From: Candidatus Angelobacter sp.
GTDB taxonomy: Bacteria > Chloroflexota > Limnocylindria > QHBO01
Direction: 5' to 3'
Assembly: GCA_035463095.1 (NCBI GenBank)
Contig: DATHTR010000046.1
Span: forward strand, 165-64,164
DNA length: 64,000 nt
Shown here: piece after piece, positions 35,803-46,200 of the stretch
Position numbering within the stretch: the first letter of the stretch is position 1
Layout: each line of letters begins with the position of its first letter
The notes under the pieces: model-generated
What the model was told of the DNA's origin: nothing
Seen by the model: the letters and a program-made list of their open reading frames with translations, nothing else
Databases searched by the model: none
Made by a program: the position numbers and the translations under genes

Positions 35803-35820
35803 TAGTTGCATCTGCAACTA
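35803..35820. promoter_or_regulatory. 18-bp palindrome TAGTTGCA-TC-TGCAACTA (perfect 8-bp arms, central TC) in the divergent LLM / MBL promoter region; candidate operator
   Basis: Read directly. AT-rich island in GC-rich DNA, 39 nt upstream of the MBL gene ATG and 92 nt upstream of the LLM gene ATG. Confidence 0.4.
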
Positions 35821-35858
35821 CTTTCGGGATCGAGCGATTGGGCTAGGGTGCACGGGTC

Positions 35859-36581
35859 ATGAAGCTGGCGCCCTCGCTGCACCGCATCGGATCGGACCTC
35901 GTCGCGGCCTACCTCGTCGAAGAGGGCGGCGCGCTCACGCTCATCGATGCCGGCGTCCCGGGCCAGCTCCGCGACCTGGAGGCCGAGCTCGCGCCGATGG
36001 GCCGGTCCATCGCCGACATCCGCGGCATCGTGCTCACCCATGGCGACACCGACCACATCGGCTTCGCGGAGCGCCTCCGCCGTGACCACGGCGTTCCGGT
36101 GTACGTCCACGAGGCCGATGCAGCGCGCGCCCGCGGGGAGGACAAGAAGCGGGTGGCCATGGGACCGATGAAGATCGGGCCGTTCCTGCAATTCCTCTGG
36201 TATGCGGGCCGGCGCGGAGGCCTGCGCATCCAGCCGGTCTCCGAGGTCGCGACCTTCCGTGGTGACGAGGTGCTCGACCTGCCGGGCCGCCCACGAGTCA
36301 TCCATCTCCCCGGCCACTCGCCGGGAAGCGTCGCCTTCCACGTCCCGCACGTCGACGCCGTGTTCGTCGGCGATGCGATGACCACGAGGAACGTCCTGAC
36401 CGGCGCGGCCGGACCGCAGCCGGCGCCGTTCACCGTCGACGTCGAGCGGGCCGATGCATCGTTTGCGTCGCTCGAGGACCTCGGCGTGCGCTGGGTGCTG
36501 CCCGGTCACGGTCCCCCGTGGGACGGAGGTGTCGCGCAGGCCGTCCACCGCTACCGCGCGGCGGTCGCAGCCGCGGGCTAG
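35859..36581 (+). CDS. MBL-fold metallo-hydrolase (240 aa)
   Basis: Metallo-beta-lactamase motif VLTHGDTDHIGF, later LPGHSPG and VLPGHG. Confidence 0.85.
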   Translation: MKLAPSLHRIGSDLVAAYLVEEGGALTLIDAGVPGQLRDLEAELAPMGRSIADIRGIVLTHGDTDHIGFAERLRRDHGVPVYVHEADAARARGEDKKRVAMGPMKIGPFLQFLWYAGRRGGLRIQPVSEVATFRGDEVLDLPGRPRVIHLPGHSPGSVAFHVPHVDAVFVGDAMTTRNVLTGAAGPQPAPFTVDVERADASFASLEDLGVRWVLPGHGPPWDGGVAQAVHRYRAAVAAAG

Positions 36582-36632
36582 GAGAGCAGCGCCGCGCGCC
36601 GTACACTCGGGGTCTCCGCACCGAGCCAGCCG

Positions 36633-37811
36633 ATGACCACCTCCGCCTCGCGCGTCGATCGCATGCGCGCCAGCGTCGCGCCCTTCCTCCGGTTCTTCTC
36701 CGGTCCGTTCGAGGAGCTCAACCGTGCGCCCGACGTGGCGAACTTCGCGGTCGGCAACCCGCAGGAGCTTCCCCTGCCCGCCTATGTCGGCGCGCTCGAG
36801 CGAGCGCTCCCACCGCTCGACAAGGACTGGTTCGCCTACAAGCTGTCCGAGCCGGGGTCGCAGCGCATCGTCGCCGGTGCCCTGAGCGCCCGAACCGGCC
36901 TCGCCTGGGACCCCGATGACGTCGCGATGACGAACGGCGGCTTCGCCGCGCTGGCGGTGACGATCCGTGCGCTCGTCGAGCCCGGCGACGAGGTCCTGTT
37001 CTGCTCCCCGCCGTGGTTCTTCTACGAGCTCCTGGTGCTGGCCGCGGGCGGCGAGCCGGCGCGCGTGACGCTCGATCCGCCGGCCTTCGATCTGGACGTC
37101 GATCGCATCGCCGCCGCGGTGACGCCCCGCACCCGGGCCGTGATCGTGAACAGCCCCCACAACCCGTCCGGCCGCGTCTTCTCGGCCGAGACGTTCGCCG
37201 ACCTGGGGCGCGCGCTGACCGACGCCTCGGCGCGCGCCGGCCGCCCCGTCTGGATCATCTCGGACGAGCCGTATCGGCGCATCGCCTTCGACGGGCGCGA
37301 CGTGCCGAGCCCGGCGACGGCGTACCCGCACACCGCGATCACCTACTCCTACGGGAAGCAGACCCTGGCGCCGGGGCAGCGCATCGGCTACATCGCCGTC
37401 CCGCCCACCTGTCCGGACCGCGTCGAGCTCCGCGACCGGATCTTCCTGGAGCAGATGGCGACCGGCTACTCGTGGCCCAACGCCCTGCTCCAGCACGCGC
37501 TGGCTGACATCGAGGAGACCGTGGTCGACATCGGTGCGCTCCAGCGACGGCGCGATCGGCTCGTGCCGGCCCTGCGCGAGCTCGGCTACGAGGCCTCGAT
37601 GCCGGAGGGCACCTTCTACACCATGGCCCGCGCGCCGATCGAGGACGACGCGGCCTTCGCGGAGCTCCTCGCCCGCCATCGCATCCTCGTCCTGCCCGGC
37701 AGCATCGTTGAGGTGCCGGGCTGGTTCCGCGTCAGCCTCACCGCATCGGACGAGATGGTCGAGATGGGCATCCCGCGCTTCGCCGCCGCGCGACGGGAGG
37801 CGACCGCGTGA
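36633..37811 (+). CDS. PLP-dependent aminotransferase, class I/II (392 aa)
   Basis: VIVNSPHNPSGRVF, ISDEPYRRIAF, YSYGKQTLAPGQRIGY (PLP lysine region), and the C-terminal FRVSL pattern. Confidence 0.85.
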   Translation: MTTSASRVDRMRASVAPFLRFFSGPFEELNRAPDVANFAVGNPQELPLPAYVGALERALPPLDKDWFAYKLSEPGSQRIVAGALSARTGLAWDPDDVAMTNGGFAALAVTIRALVEPGDEVLFCSPPWFFYELLVLAAGGEPARVTLDPPAFDLDVDRIAAAVTPRTRAVIVNSPHNPSGRVFSAETFADLGRALTDASARAGRPVWIISDEPYRRIAFDGRDVPSPATAYPHTAITYSYGKQTLAPGQRIGYIAVPPTCPDRVELRDRIFLEQMATGYSWPNALLQHALADIEETVVDIGALQRRRDRLVPALRELGYEASMPEGTFYTMARAPIEDDAAFAELLARHRILVLPGSIVEVPGWFRVSLTASDEMVEMGIPRFAAARREATA

Positions 37812-38320
37812 GCCGATCCCTCCTCGCCGACGCGTTCGAGCATCACGTGTGGGCCACGCTGCGGCTCATCGATGCCTGCGCCGATCTGACGGCTGAGCAG
37901 CTCGCCACGGCGGTTCCCGGCACGTACGGCTCCATCCTCGATACGCTGCGGCACACGGTCGGCGCCGACTGCTCGTACCTGGCCCTGCTCTCGAACGGGG
38001 CACGCGAGGAGGTCGAGGAGGCGTCGCTGGACCTTCCGGCGCTTCGCGCCGCGATGGCCGAGAACGAGCCGATCTGGGCCGCGCTGCTCGCCGACGAGCC
38101 CGACCCCGCGGTGGAGGTCGTCCGGCGCCGGGACGACGGCTCGGAGTCCGGGGCGCCGATGGGCGTCCGCCTGGCCCAGGCCGTCCACCACGGAACCGAT
38201 CACCGCAGCCAGGTCTGCACCGCGCTGACCGAGCTCGGCATCGAGCCGCCGGAGATCGACGTCTGGGCCTGGGCCTGGGACCACGACCGGCTGCGGGAGA
38301 CCGAGCCGACCGACGGCTGA
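37808..38320 (+). CDS. DinB family (DinB_2 / mycothiol-transferase-like) protein (170 aa)
   Basis: GTGA overlap with the aminotransferase. FEHHVWATLRLIDAC...LRHTVGAD...AVHHGTDHRSQV histidine triad pattern. Confidence 0.75.
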   Translation: MSRSLLADAFEHHVWATLRLIDACADLTAEQLATAVPGTYGSILDTLRHTVGADCSYLALLSNGAREEVEEASLDLPALRAAMAENEPIWAALLADEPDPAVEVVRRRDDGSESGAPMGVRLAQAVHHGTDHRSQVCTALTELGIEPPEIDVWAWAWDHDRLRETEPTDG

Positions 38321-38323
38321 GCC

Positions 38324-41300
38324 CTAGGCGGGCTCCGGGAGCGGGCGGTCCGGCTCGAGGCTGCGCCGCGGGGCGATGCGCGCGCGCAGGTCCTCGATGA
38401 GGCGGTAGGCCGCCGGCACCACCACCAGGGTCAGGAACGTCGAACTCAGCAGGCCGCCGATCACCACCGTGCCGAGCTCGGCGGCGATGATCGATCCCTC
38501 GTTCAGGCCGAGCGCCAGGGGCACGAGCGCCAGGATGGTCGCGATGGCGGTCATCAGGATCGGGCGCACGCGCGTGTGACCGCCTCTGATGAGCGCCTCC
38601 TTCAGCGGGACGCCCTGCGCGCGAAGGCGCTCGACGAGGTCGAGCAGCACGATCGCGTTCGTGACCACGATGCCGATGAGCATCAGGAAGCCGATGAGGG
38701 CGCTGATCCCGATCGGGCGACCCGTGAGCAGCAGCGCGGGGAAGGCGCCGATGGTCGCCAGCGGCAGGCTGAACAGGATGATGAAGGGCGTGATGAGCGA
38801 GTTGAAGGCGAGCACGAGCATCAGGTACACGAGGGCCACGGCCACGCCCATCGCCACGAACAGGCCGGTGAAGGCCTCGGTCTGCTGCTGGCTCACGCCG
38901 CCGACCGCGACCGACACGCCGGCCGGCAGCTCACCGCCGGCGTCGAGCCGATCGAGCTCGGAGCGAACGGCGGCGCTGATGGCGCCGGTGTCCTCGCCGA
39001 CGACCTCGCCCGAGACGGTGGCCGCCGGGGCGCCGCCCACCCGGGTGACGGTGCCGCGCACGTCACGCTCCTCGATGCCGGCCACCTCGAGGAGCGTCAC
39101 CCCCTCGCCGACCGGGAGGCGGCCGAGCGCGTCGACCGAGTCGACGGCATCCGGATCGAGGCGCAGCAGGACGTCCAGCGGCACACGGGCGCCGTCGGGC
39201 TGGATGGTGCCGACCGGGGTGGCGGCCAGGGCGCCGCGCACGACGCCGCCGACCTGGGCCGGGGTGACGCCTCGAGCGGCGGCCGCGGCCGGGTCGACCT
39301 CGATCTCGATCGTCGGGGCCGCCGCGACGAGGTCGCTCGTCACGTTCGCCAGGCCATCGACGTCCCGGACGGCCTCGATCACCTGGTCAGTGGCCGACTC
39401 CACGGACGACAGATCGGGGCCGCTCACGACGAGGGCCAGGTTGCCGCCGCCGCCCGGGCCGGCGGCCTGCTGGACGGTCGCGTCCCAGCCATCGGTCTCG
39501 ACGGGCGCGAGGGCCTCCTCGAGGCGGCGGGACGCATCGCCGAGGTCGGCGGCGGAGTCCAGGCGGACGTAGAGGAGCGCCGAGTTCGCCGCTCGACCGG
39601 CCTGGGCGGAGACGAGCGTCCGGAAGCCGGTGTCGCCCTCCGGCGGCACGCTGGTCTGGACAAGCTGCACCTCGCCATCGGCGAGGATCCGCTCTTCGGC
39701 CTCGGCGGCGCGATCGCGCACGCCGGCCGAGCTCGTGCCGGCGGGCGGCGAGACGCTCACGATCAGCAGCTTCTCCGACCCCGAGTTGATGAACGCGGTC
39801 GGCAACAGCGGGGCGAGGAACATCGACCCGATGAACAGCACCAGCGCACCGACGACCACGGCGGCCGACGTCCACCGGTTGTGGAGCACGGCCCTGATCG
39901 TCGGATCGTAGGCACGCACCCAGAACGAGCGCCGTGGCTCGCCCTCCTCGTCGGTGGCACCGGCCCGCGGCTGGCCGACCAGGAAGTAGGCGAGGACCGG
40001 GATGACCGTCAGGGCAACCAGGAGTGAGCCGAGCAGGGCGAACGCGGTCGTCAGGGCGAAGGGCAGGAAGAACTGGCTGATGAGGCCGCCGGCGAAGCCG
40101 AGCGGGAGGAAGACGGCCACCGTCGCGAGCGTGCTCCAGGTGATGGCCCCGGCCACCTCGGCCGGGCCACGGAGCGCGGCCGTCAGGCGGTCCTCGCCCA
40201 TGGCGCGGTGACGGTAGATGTTCTCGAGCACCACGATCGAGTCGTCGACGACGCGTCCCACCGCAACCGCCAGCCCGCCGAGGGTCATGATGTTCATGGT
40301 GATCCCGCCGACCTGCATGGCCACGATGGCGATGAGCAGCGAGAGCGGGATGGAGAGCGCCGCGACGAAGGTCGAGCGCAGGCTGAACAGGAACGCGAAG
40401 ATCGTCAGGATCGCGAAGACCGCGCCCAGGCCGCCCTCCTTGAGGAGGCCGTCCTGCGACTCGGTGATGAAGCTGGCCTGGTCGGAGACGACCTCGATCT
40501 CGAGCGCATCACCGCTCTCCGCCACGATCTCCTCGAGCGCTGCTCGGACGTCCTCCGAGACGTCGACGGTGTTCGCCGACGAGGTCTTCGAGACCGACAG
40601 GCTCAGGGCCTCTTCGCCGTTGATCCGCGCGTAGCCGGTCGTGGCGACCTGCTCGATCGTGACCTCCGCGACGTCGCCGACGGTGATCGGTGCCGGGACC
40701 TCACCGGAGCGATCAGCACCGATGACCAACGCCTCGAGCTCCTCCACGGAGTCGATCGTCCCCATCGTGGTGACCGGGATGGCGCGGTCGTCGGACGGGA
40801 GCTCGCCCGATGGAATCGTGACGTTGGCGGCTACCAGCACCGCCTGGATCTGCTGGACGTTGACCCCGGCCATCGCCGCGGCGATCGGGTCGAGCGTGAT
40901 CGTCACCTGGTCGGTGAGCCCGCCGGTGACCTCGACGTCGCCCACGCCGGCGATGCCCTCGAGCGCCGGGACGATGTCGGTCGCCGCGATCTCGCCGAGC
41001 TGCGTCAGCTCGGCTGCCGTCGATGAGATGGCGGCGACGACCACCGGCGAGGCGTTGATGTTGAGGGCCGACACCTGGGGCTCGACCGCGTCCGGCAGGC
41101 TCACGGCAGCGATCGCTTCCTCCATCGCGGCCACCGCCCCGTCGACGTCGGTCCCGTACTCGAACTGGGCGGTCACGAAGCCGATCGAGTTTGCGCTCGT
41201 CGATCGGACCGTGTCGATGCCCGGCACGGAGAGCACGGCACGCTCGATCGGCTCCACCACCTGGGTCACGACGTCTTCGGCGGACGCGGCGGGGTACGGC

Positions 41301-41449
41301 GCGATGACCGTCGCCACCGGGAACGACACATCCGGCAGGAGCTCCTGCTTCAGGCTGCCCCACGACAGGATGCCGGCGACGAACAAGCCGGCGGCAATCA
41401 GCAGGGTGACGCTGCGCCGGCTGATCGCGGCGCGAGAGATCCAGGTCAC
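38324..41449 (-). CDS. RND superfamily efflux transporter permease (AcrB/SwrC-like, 1041 aa)
   Basis: 12-TM, two-large-loop architecture. GLAVAVGRVVDDSIVVLENI and a second-half equivalent (LIGIVVTNAIVLLD). Confidence 0.9.
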   Translation of the reverse strand: MTWISRAAISRRSVTLLIAAGLFVAGILSWGSLKQELLPDVSFPVATVIAPYPAASAEDVVTQVVEPIERAVLSVPGIDTVRSTSANSIGFVTAQFEYGTDVDGAVAAMEEAIAAVSLPDAVEPQVSALNINASPVVVAAISSTAAELTQLGEIAATDIVPALEGIAGVGDVEVTGGLTDQVTITLDPIAAAMAGVNVQQIQAVLVAANVTIPSGELPSDDRAIPVTTMGTIDSVEELEALVIGADRSGEVPAPITVGDVAEVTIEQVATTGYARINGEEALSLSVSKTSSANTVDVSEDVRAALEEIVAESGDALEIEVVSDQASFITESQDGLLKEGGLGAVFAILTIFAFLFSLRSTFVAALSIPLSLLIAIVAMQVGGITMNIMTLGGLAVAVGRVVDDSIVVLENIYRHRAMGEDRLTAALRGPAEVAGAITWSTLATVAVFLPLGFAGGLISQFFLPFALTTAFALLGSLLVALTVIPVLAYFLVGQPRAGATDEEGEPRRSFWVRAYDPTIRAVLHNRWTSAAVVVGALVLFIGSMFLAPLLPTAFINSGSEKLLIVSVSPPAGTSSAGVRDRAAEAEERILADGEVQLVQTSVPPEGDTGFRTLVSAQAGRAANSALLYVRLDSAADLGDASRRLEEALAPVETDGWDATVQQAAGPGGGGNLALVVSGPDLSSVESATDQVIEAVRDVDGLANVTSDLVAAAPTIEIEVDPAAAAARGVTPAQVGGVVRGALAATPVGTIQPDGARVPLDVLLRLDPDAVDSVDALGRLPVGEGVTLLEVAGIEERDVRGTVTRVGGAPAATVSGEVVGEDTGAISAAVRSELDRLDAGGELPAGVSVAVGGVSQQQTEAFTGLFVAMGVAVALVYLMLVLAFNSLITPFIILFSLPLATIGAFPALLLTGRPIGISALIGFLMLIGIVVTNAIVLLDLVERLRAQGVPLKEALIRGGHTRVRPILMTAIATILALVPLALGLNEGSIIAAELGTVVIGGLLSSTFLTLVVVPAAYRLIEDLRARIAPRRSLEPDRPLPEPA

Positions 41450-41946
41450 GGTGCGGTGTCCTCGTTCAGCCGCATGGCGGCATCGGTGAGCAGATCGATG
41501 GCGTGCTCGACCTCGGCGAGCGCCTCGCGGCTCTCGAATCGCTCGAGGAGCTCGCGCAGGCGTCCGCGGCCGAGCTCGTGGAAGTCCTCGAGGCGCTCGC
41601 GGGCGGCATGGGTGGTACGCACGACGACGTGGCGCCGATCACCCGCATCCTCGCCGCGCTCGAGCAGGCCGAGGGCCACGAGTCCGTCGACCACGCCGGT
41701 GGTGGTCGAGGGCGCCGTGCCGAGGCGATCGGCGACCTCGCTCATCCGCATCGGCCCGGCTGCCGTCACCAGGTACAGGGTGCGGAGCTGCGCGAGGGTC
41801 AGGTTGAGCTCGAGGAAGTGCGGGACGTGGACCTTCATGATCCAGCCCTGGAAGCGCTCGTAGGAGCTCACCACCCGCTCGATCGATCCCTCCGCCAGCG
41901 GATCGCTGGCTGCGGAACGATTCGGTCTACCCGTATGATTCGGCAT
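41446..41946 (-). CDS. MarR family transcriptional regulator (166 aa)
   Basis: LTLAQLRTLYLVTAAGPMRMSEVADRLG...GLLERGEDAGDRR winged helix. 4-nt overlap with the RND gene. Confidence 0.85.
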   Translation of the reverse strand: MPNHTGRPNRSAASDPLAEGSIERVVSSYERFQGWIMKVHVPHFLELNLTLAQLRTLYLVTAAGPMRMSEVADRLGTAPSTTTGVVDGLVALGLLERGEDAGDRRHVVVRTTHAARERLEDFHELGRGRLRELLERFESREALAEVEHAIDLLTDAAMRLNEDTAP

Positions 41947-41997
41947 AACCGAAACAGTACCGCAGTCCCGGCAAGCATGCAGATGGCCCGATGGAGC

Positions 41998-42414
41998 TCA
42001 GTCGCAGGTCGAGGTGTACTCCCCGTAGCCGCCGATGCCGAGCCGCTCGGGCTCGCCCTGCGCGAACACGACATCGATGCGGAACTCACCGCCCGCCTCA
42101 TCACAGGCGCCGATGCAGGAGACGACGACGCGCTCGATCTCACGATCGACGAACCGACCCTCGAGATCCCGGTCGGCGTGCGCGCCGACCGTGCAGTGCT
42201 GCACACCGAGGCCCCGGCACTCGACCGGGTGCGGCGCCGGATTCGGCAGCATCTGGCCGGTCGCCGCAGGGTCGATCGGATCGTCGCGCGCGGGGCACGC
42301 AGACGTGGCGCAGGCGGCCAGGAAGATGGCGAGCCAGGCCGCGGTGAGCACCCGTCCGATCACCGGTCCGATGCTACCGATCGCCGCAGCGGCCGTCGAC
42401 ATGCGGGGTACCAT
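41998..42414 (-). CDS. Cys-rich putative lipoprotein (138 aa)
   Basis: ORF trimmed to ATG 42414 (alternative start 42402). Hydrophobic signal ending in lipobox FLAAC. Six Cys in the mature part. Confidence 0.5.
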   Translation of the reverse strand: MVPRMSTAAAAIGSIGPVIGRVLTAAWLAIFLAACATSACPARDDPIDPAATGQMLPNPAPHPVECRGLGVQHCTVGAHADRDLEGRFVDREIERVVVSCIGACDEAGGEFRIDVVFAQGEPERLGIGGYGEYTSTCD

Positions 42415-42471
42415 CAATCCGTGACCTACCGTGGACGTCCGACCCGCGCCGACGGCGAACGCCGGCATCCG

Positions 42472-42633
42472 ATGCAGCGCCTGTCGTCGGTCGGCGGCAC
42501 GACCACCGGCTGGCGCTCGACGCTCGAGTCGACGCCTCATGGCTCACTCGGAACGTTCGTGGTCGGCACCCTGGTCGCCGGCGGTGTCGTCGCGCTGCTC
42601 ATGTTCCTCGCGGCCTTCTTCGGGAACCTCTGA
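42472..42633 (+). CDS. possible 53-aa C-terminally anchored micro-protein
   Basis: Tail of track ORF 41503..42633: MQRLSSVGG...GSLGTFVVGTLVAGGVVALLMFLAAFFGNL. High GC3 in the hydrophobic part. No clear SD. Confidence 0.2.
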   Translation: MQRLSSVGGTTTGWRSTLESTPHGSLGTFVVGTLVAGGVVALLMFLAAFFGNL

Positions 42634-42709
42634 TCAGCTGATCCGGGCCGATCGGCACTGTGATCGCCACCTCCTGCGCCGCCACGCTGCGGTCACAGGA
42701 GGCACTGCA

Positions 42710-43141
42710 ATGCATCTTCGCGGGCATCGTCACACCATCCGTCTCGCGGCGGCCGGACTCGCCACCGCCATGGCGGTCATCTACTTCCTCATCGGCGCCG
42801 GCGTGCTCGACGTCGGCAGCACCCAGGGTGCCGATGATGGGTTCCTGCTCATCTTCGGCGCGAGCGCCGGTGGCGCGTTCCTGCTCGGCGCCGTGCTGCT
42901 CAGCTCGCTCGACCGGCGCTGGCTGTGGGTCCTCGGCGCCCTGCTCCAGGTGCTCGTCATCTTCGGCTACCTGGCCGCATCGGCGACCCGCACCCCCGCC
43001 TTCGAGGCATGGGGCATCACCCTGCGCGTCCTCCAGCTGCCGCTGCTGGCGGCGCTCGTGTACCTGGCTGTCACTCCGCCCGAGGCGGAGCGGGCGCCCC
43101 AGCTCATCCGTCGCCACGGTGGGCGGCGCCAGCGCTCCTGA
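42710..43141 (+). CDS. membrane protein of unknown function, 4 TM (143 aa)
   Basis: ORF 42431 trimmed to ATG 42710 (AGGAGG 7 nt upstream). IRLAAAGLATAMAVIYFLIGAGVL etc. Confidence 0.6.
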   Translation: MHLRGHRHTIRLAAAGLATAMAVIYFLIGAGVLDVGSTQGADDGFLLIFGASAGGAFLLGAVLLSSLDRRWLWVLGALLQVLVIFGYLAASATRTPAFEAWGITLRVLQLPLLAALVYLAVTPPEAERAPQLIRRHGGRRQRS

Positions 43142-43258
43142 CCGCTCCGCGCGCCGAATTGCCCGGCGGGCAGGCTTGCCGCATGGCCCGGCCTCCCCCC
43201 GACCGATGCGCCTGGAGCGCCGAGCGCAGCCCGCGTGGTCATTCGTCGGCTGAGCCGC

Positions 43259-46200
43259 TCAATCGGCACCCAGCTCCCATGGCGTGCCGACCCGCGGATC
43301 CGGCCGGTAGGCGCAGAACGTGCCGGTGTGGATCGTCGCCTCGAGATGGTCGCCGAGACTGGCGTTCTGCTCCGCGAGATGCTCCACCGCCGCCCGGATC
43401 GCGCGGGTGACGCTGATCCGCGCACGCTCCGCGTTGCTCGATGCCGTTCGATCACGACCCCCGAGGCCGACGGCGCCCGCCAGCTGCTCCGTGATCGCGT
43501 GCAGCTCCGCTCGCCCGCGTGCAGCACGTTCCGGGTCGTTCCAGGCCTCCGCCTCAGCCACGTCGGTCTCGAGCTCGGCGATCCTGGCCCGGTACGCCGC
43601 CTTCGCCTCGGCATCGAGCAGCGGGCCCGTGCCGCCCGACGGATCCGCGGCCGCATCGACCGCCCTGCTCGTGGCCGCAACGCCGCGCACCGGCTGCGCG
43701 AGGTCGAGCGCGTGGACCTCCCTGCCCGGCCTGGCAAGCAGCCGGGCGAGATGATGCATGCCCCGCCGGTCCCGCACGCGTGAGGTGGTGCCGCCGAAGC
43801 GGACGGTCCAGTAGTCGCCCTCACGCCGAAAGATCGAGGAGGCGCCGGTGGCGGCGGGCGTCGGCTCCGTGCCGCCCGCGCCGGCCAGGCGTCGCTGGAG
43901 GACGGTCATCCCCAGAGCCCGGGCCGTGACGAACGCCTCACGGCGCAGCTGATCGACGCGCTCCGCGTCGCCGGGCGCGGCGCGGCGAGCCAGCGCATCG
44001 GCCAGATCGGCCTGGGCATGCGCGGTCCATGGCCGCAGGCCCATTCGGGCATTGTGGCGCACGGCCTCGTCGAGGTGGCGGACGGCGGCATCGTCATCGT
44101 CCAGTGCGGCAGCCAGCAGGCCGAGGTAGCGGCTCGAGCTCCCCATGCTGCCCTCGGGGTGCCCGACGGCATGCGCCTCGGCTCGCGGGAGCAACTTGCG
44201 GTACAGGACCGAAGCAGCGTCGCGCATGCGCAGTCGCGCGGCGGCCTCGGCCGCGAGCGTCATCCCGATCAGCCACTCGTTGTCCTCGTGGATGACCGCG
44301 AAGTCGTCCACGGCAAGCGCCTCCAGCACGGCCGCCGCCTCCTCGTCGCGGCCGAGGTCGAGCAGCAGGTTGGCGAGTGCCGCGCGGTGCAGCGGGTACC
44401 AGGTGAAGTCCGCCACGGAGGCGCGGACCGACGCCTCCTCGTCCGCGATCGTGCCGCGCTCGCGCGCGAGCAGGAACCGATGCATCCGCGCCGCCGACAC
44501 ATCGTCGTGCGCGGGCGTGGTCGGATGTCCCTCGGCCGTCTCGGATGCCATGAGGCGTTCGGCCTCGGCGTAGTTGCCGACCGCCAGCTCGATCACCGCC
44601 CGAGGCGCCGCGCTGAGCCAGAGCTGCGCCGGCTGACCGATGCGCTTCGCGATGCGGGCGATCTCGTCGAGCTCGGCGCGCGCACGGTCCAGCCTGCCCT
44701 GGTCGATGAACGAGAGGCACAGCATGGTGTGCGCATCCACGCTCCGTTCGGGGTCGTCGGCCTGCTCCGCGAGCGCCAGCATCTCGTGCGCGATCGCCAT
44801 CCGCTCCTCGATGTTGTCCGGCCACCAGATCGCCCAGGCCCGGCCGCCGAGCACGTAGGTCAGCGTCGCGGAGTCACCGAGCTTGCGGGCGATCTCCACG
44901 GCCTGCTGGCTCAGGGCCGAGCCCTGCGTCTGGAAGTCAGGGTCGCTGCGGATGGCGCATGCCAGACGCACGAGCAGGCGCGCGCGCAGCGGCTCGTCGG
45001 CGCCGCCGAGCATGACGAGGGCCTCTCGCAGGAGCGGCACCGTGCGATGGTCGCTCCCGGCGCGGGCCCACACCAGGCGCCCGCCGTAGCCGAGCACGGC
45101 CTGCGCCAGGGCCACCGGCGACCCGGTCCGCCGCGCGTGGTCGATCGCGTCGGAGAACACCGCCCGCGCCGCGGTCAGGTTGTTCGCCCGAGCCTCCACG
45201 TCGCCGAGAGCCAGCAGGAGCCGGAGGCGGCGCGGGTCGTCATCGGAGCGACGTCCCTCGTCGAGCGACAGCGCCGCGCGGTACAGGCGCGCGGCCTCGG
45301 CGAATGCCGTGAGCCGGGCCGCCTGGTCCCCGGCTCGCTGGGCATACTCGACGGCTCGTTCGGCGAGCGGATCGGCCGCGTCCCGGCCGCCCGTGCCACG
45401 ACCCTGGCCGCGCACCGCCGCGATCGCGTGATGCGCGAGAGCGGCCATGTGCGGATCGAGCCGATCGGCGTGGAGCGCCTCGAGCGTCGTCACGATGCGC
45501 CGGTGGAGCGCAACCTGCTCGTCCCGGGTCAGTTCCGAGACGAGCGACTCACGAATGAGGTCGTGGGTGAAGCGAAACTGGCCCGGAGTCGCGGGCAGGT
45601 CGGCGAGCAGGCCCGCCGCGACGGCGCTCTGCACGAGCGCGGCGACGCGAGGGGCATCCACCTCGGCGATCTCCCGGAGGAGATCGATGTCCCACTCCGG
45701 CCCGAGCAGCGCCGCGCGTGGAAGGATGGACGCCGCATCGTCGCCGAGGTGCGCGGCGCGGCGCACGATGACGTCGCGGATCTCGCGCGGCACGGCCACG
45801 GCGAGCTCATGCGTCGGGCCGGGCGACGAGAGCCGCCCCTCGGCGGCCAGCAGCTGGATCGCCTGACCCAGGAAGAGCGGGTTCCCGCTCGTGCCGCGCC
45901 ACAGGGCATCGACCAGGCTCGCGTCGGGCCTGGAGTCGACCATGGTCGCGATGAGCCGGCCCGCGTCCTCGGCCGCGAGGCCTCCCAGCACCACCGGCCG
46001 TGCGTTCGGATCTCGTGCGAGCAGATCGATCATCGGAGCGCTCGGATGATCGGGGGTGATCTCCAGCTCCCGGTACGTGGCGATCACGAGGATCGCCGCA
46101 TCGGCCAGCTGGCTGACCAGGAACCGGAGGAGCTCGACCGACGGCGTGTCGGCCGCATGCAGATCATCGAGCACCACGAGCAGCGGCTGACGCTCGGCCG

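Noticed and set aside
34569-37679. 1036-aa minus-strand ORF, the longest in that region of the track
   Set aside because: Only its last 380 codons (from ATG 35711) have LLM motifs. The rest is antisense to the well-supported MBL hydrolase and aminotransferase genes and is R/G/A/E-rich, typical of shadow frames in GC-rich DNA.
38576-41489. Plus-strand ORFs 38576..40027, 40208..41026 and 40641..41489 opposite the RND transporter
   Set aside because: Antisense shadows rich in R/D/G/H or S/T/A with no motifs. The RND frame explains the whole interval.
41919-41943. Direct repeat GATTCGG x2, 18 bp apart, near the MarR start
   Set aside because: Both copies lie inside the MarR coding sequence and are explained by repeated Pro-Asn codons (CCGAATC) in MPNHTGRPNRS. 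This is not evidence of an operator.
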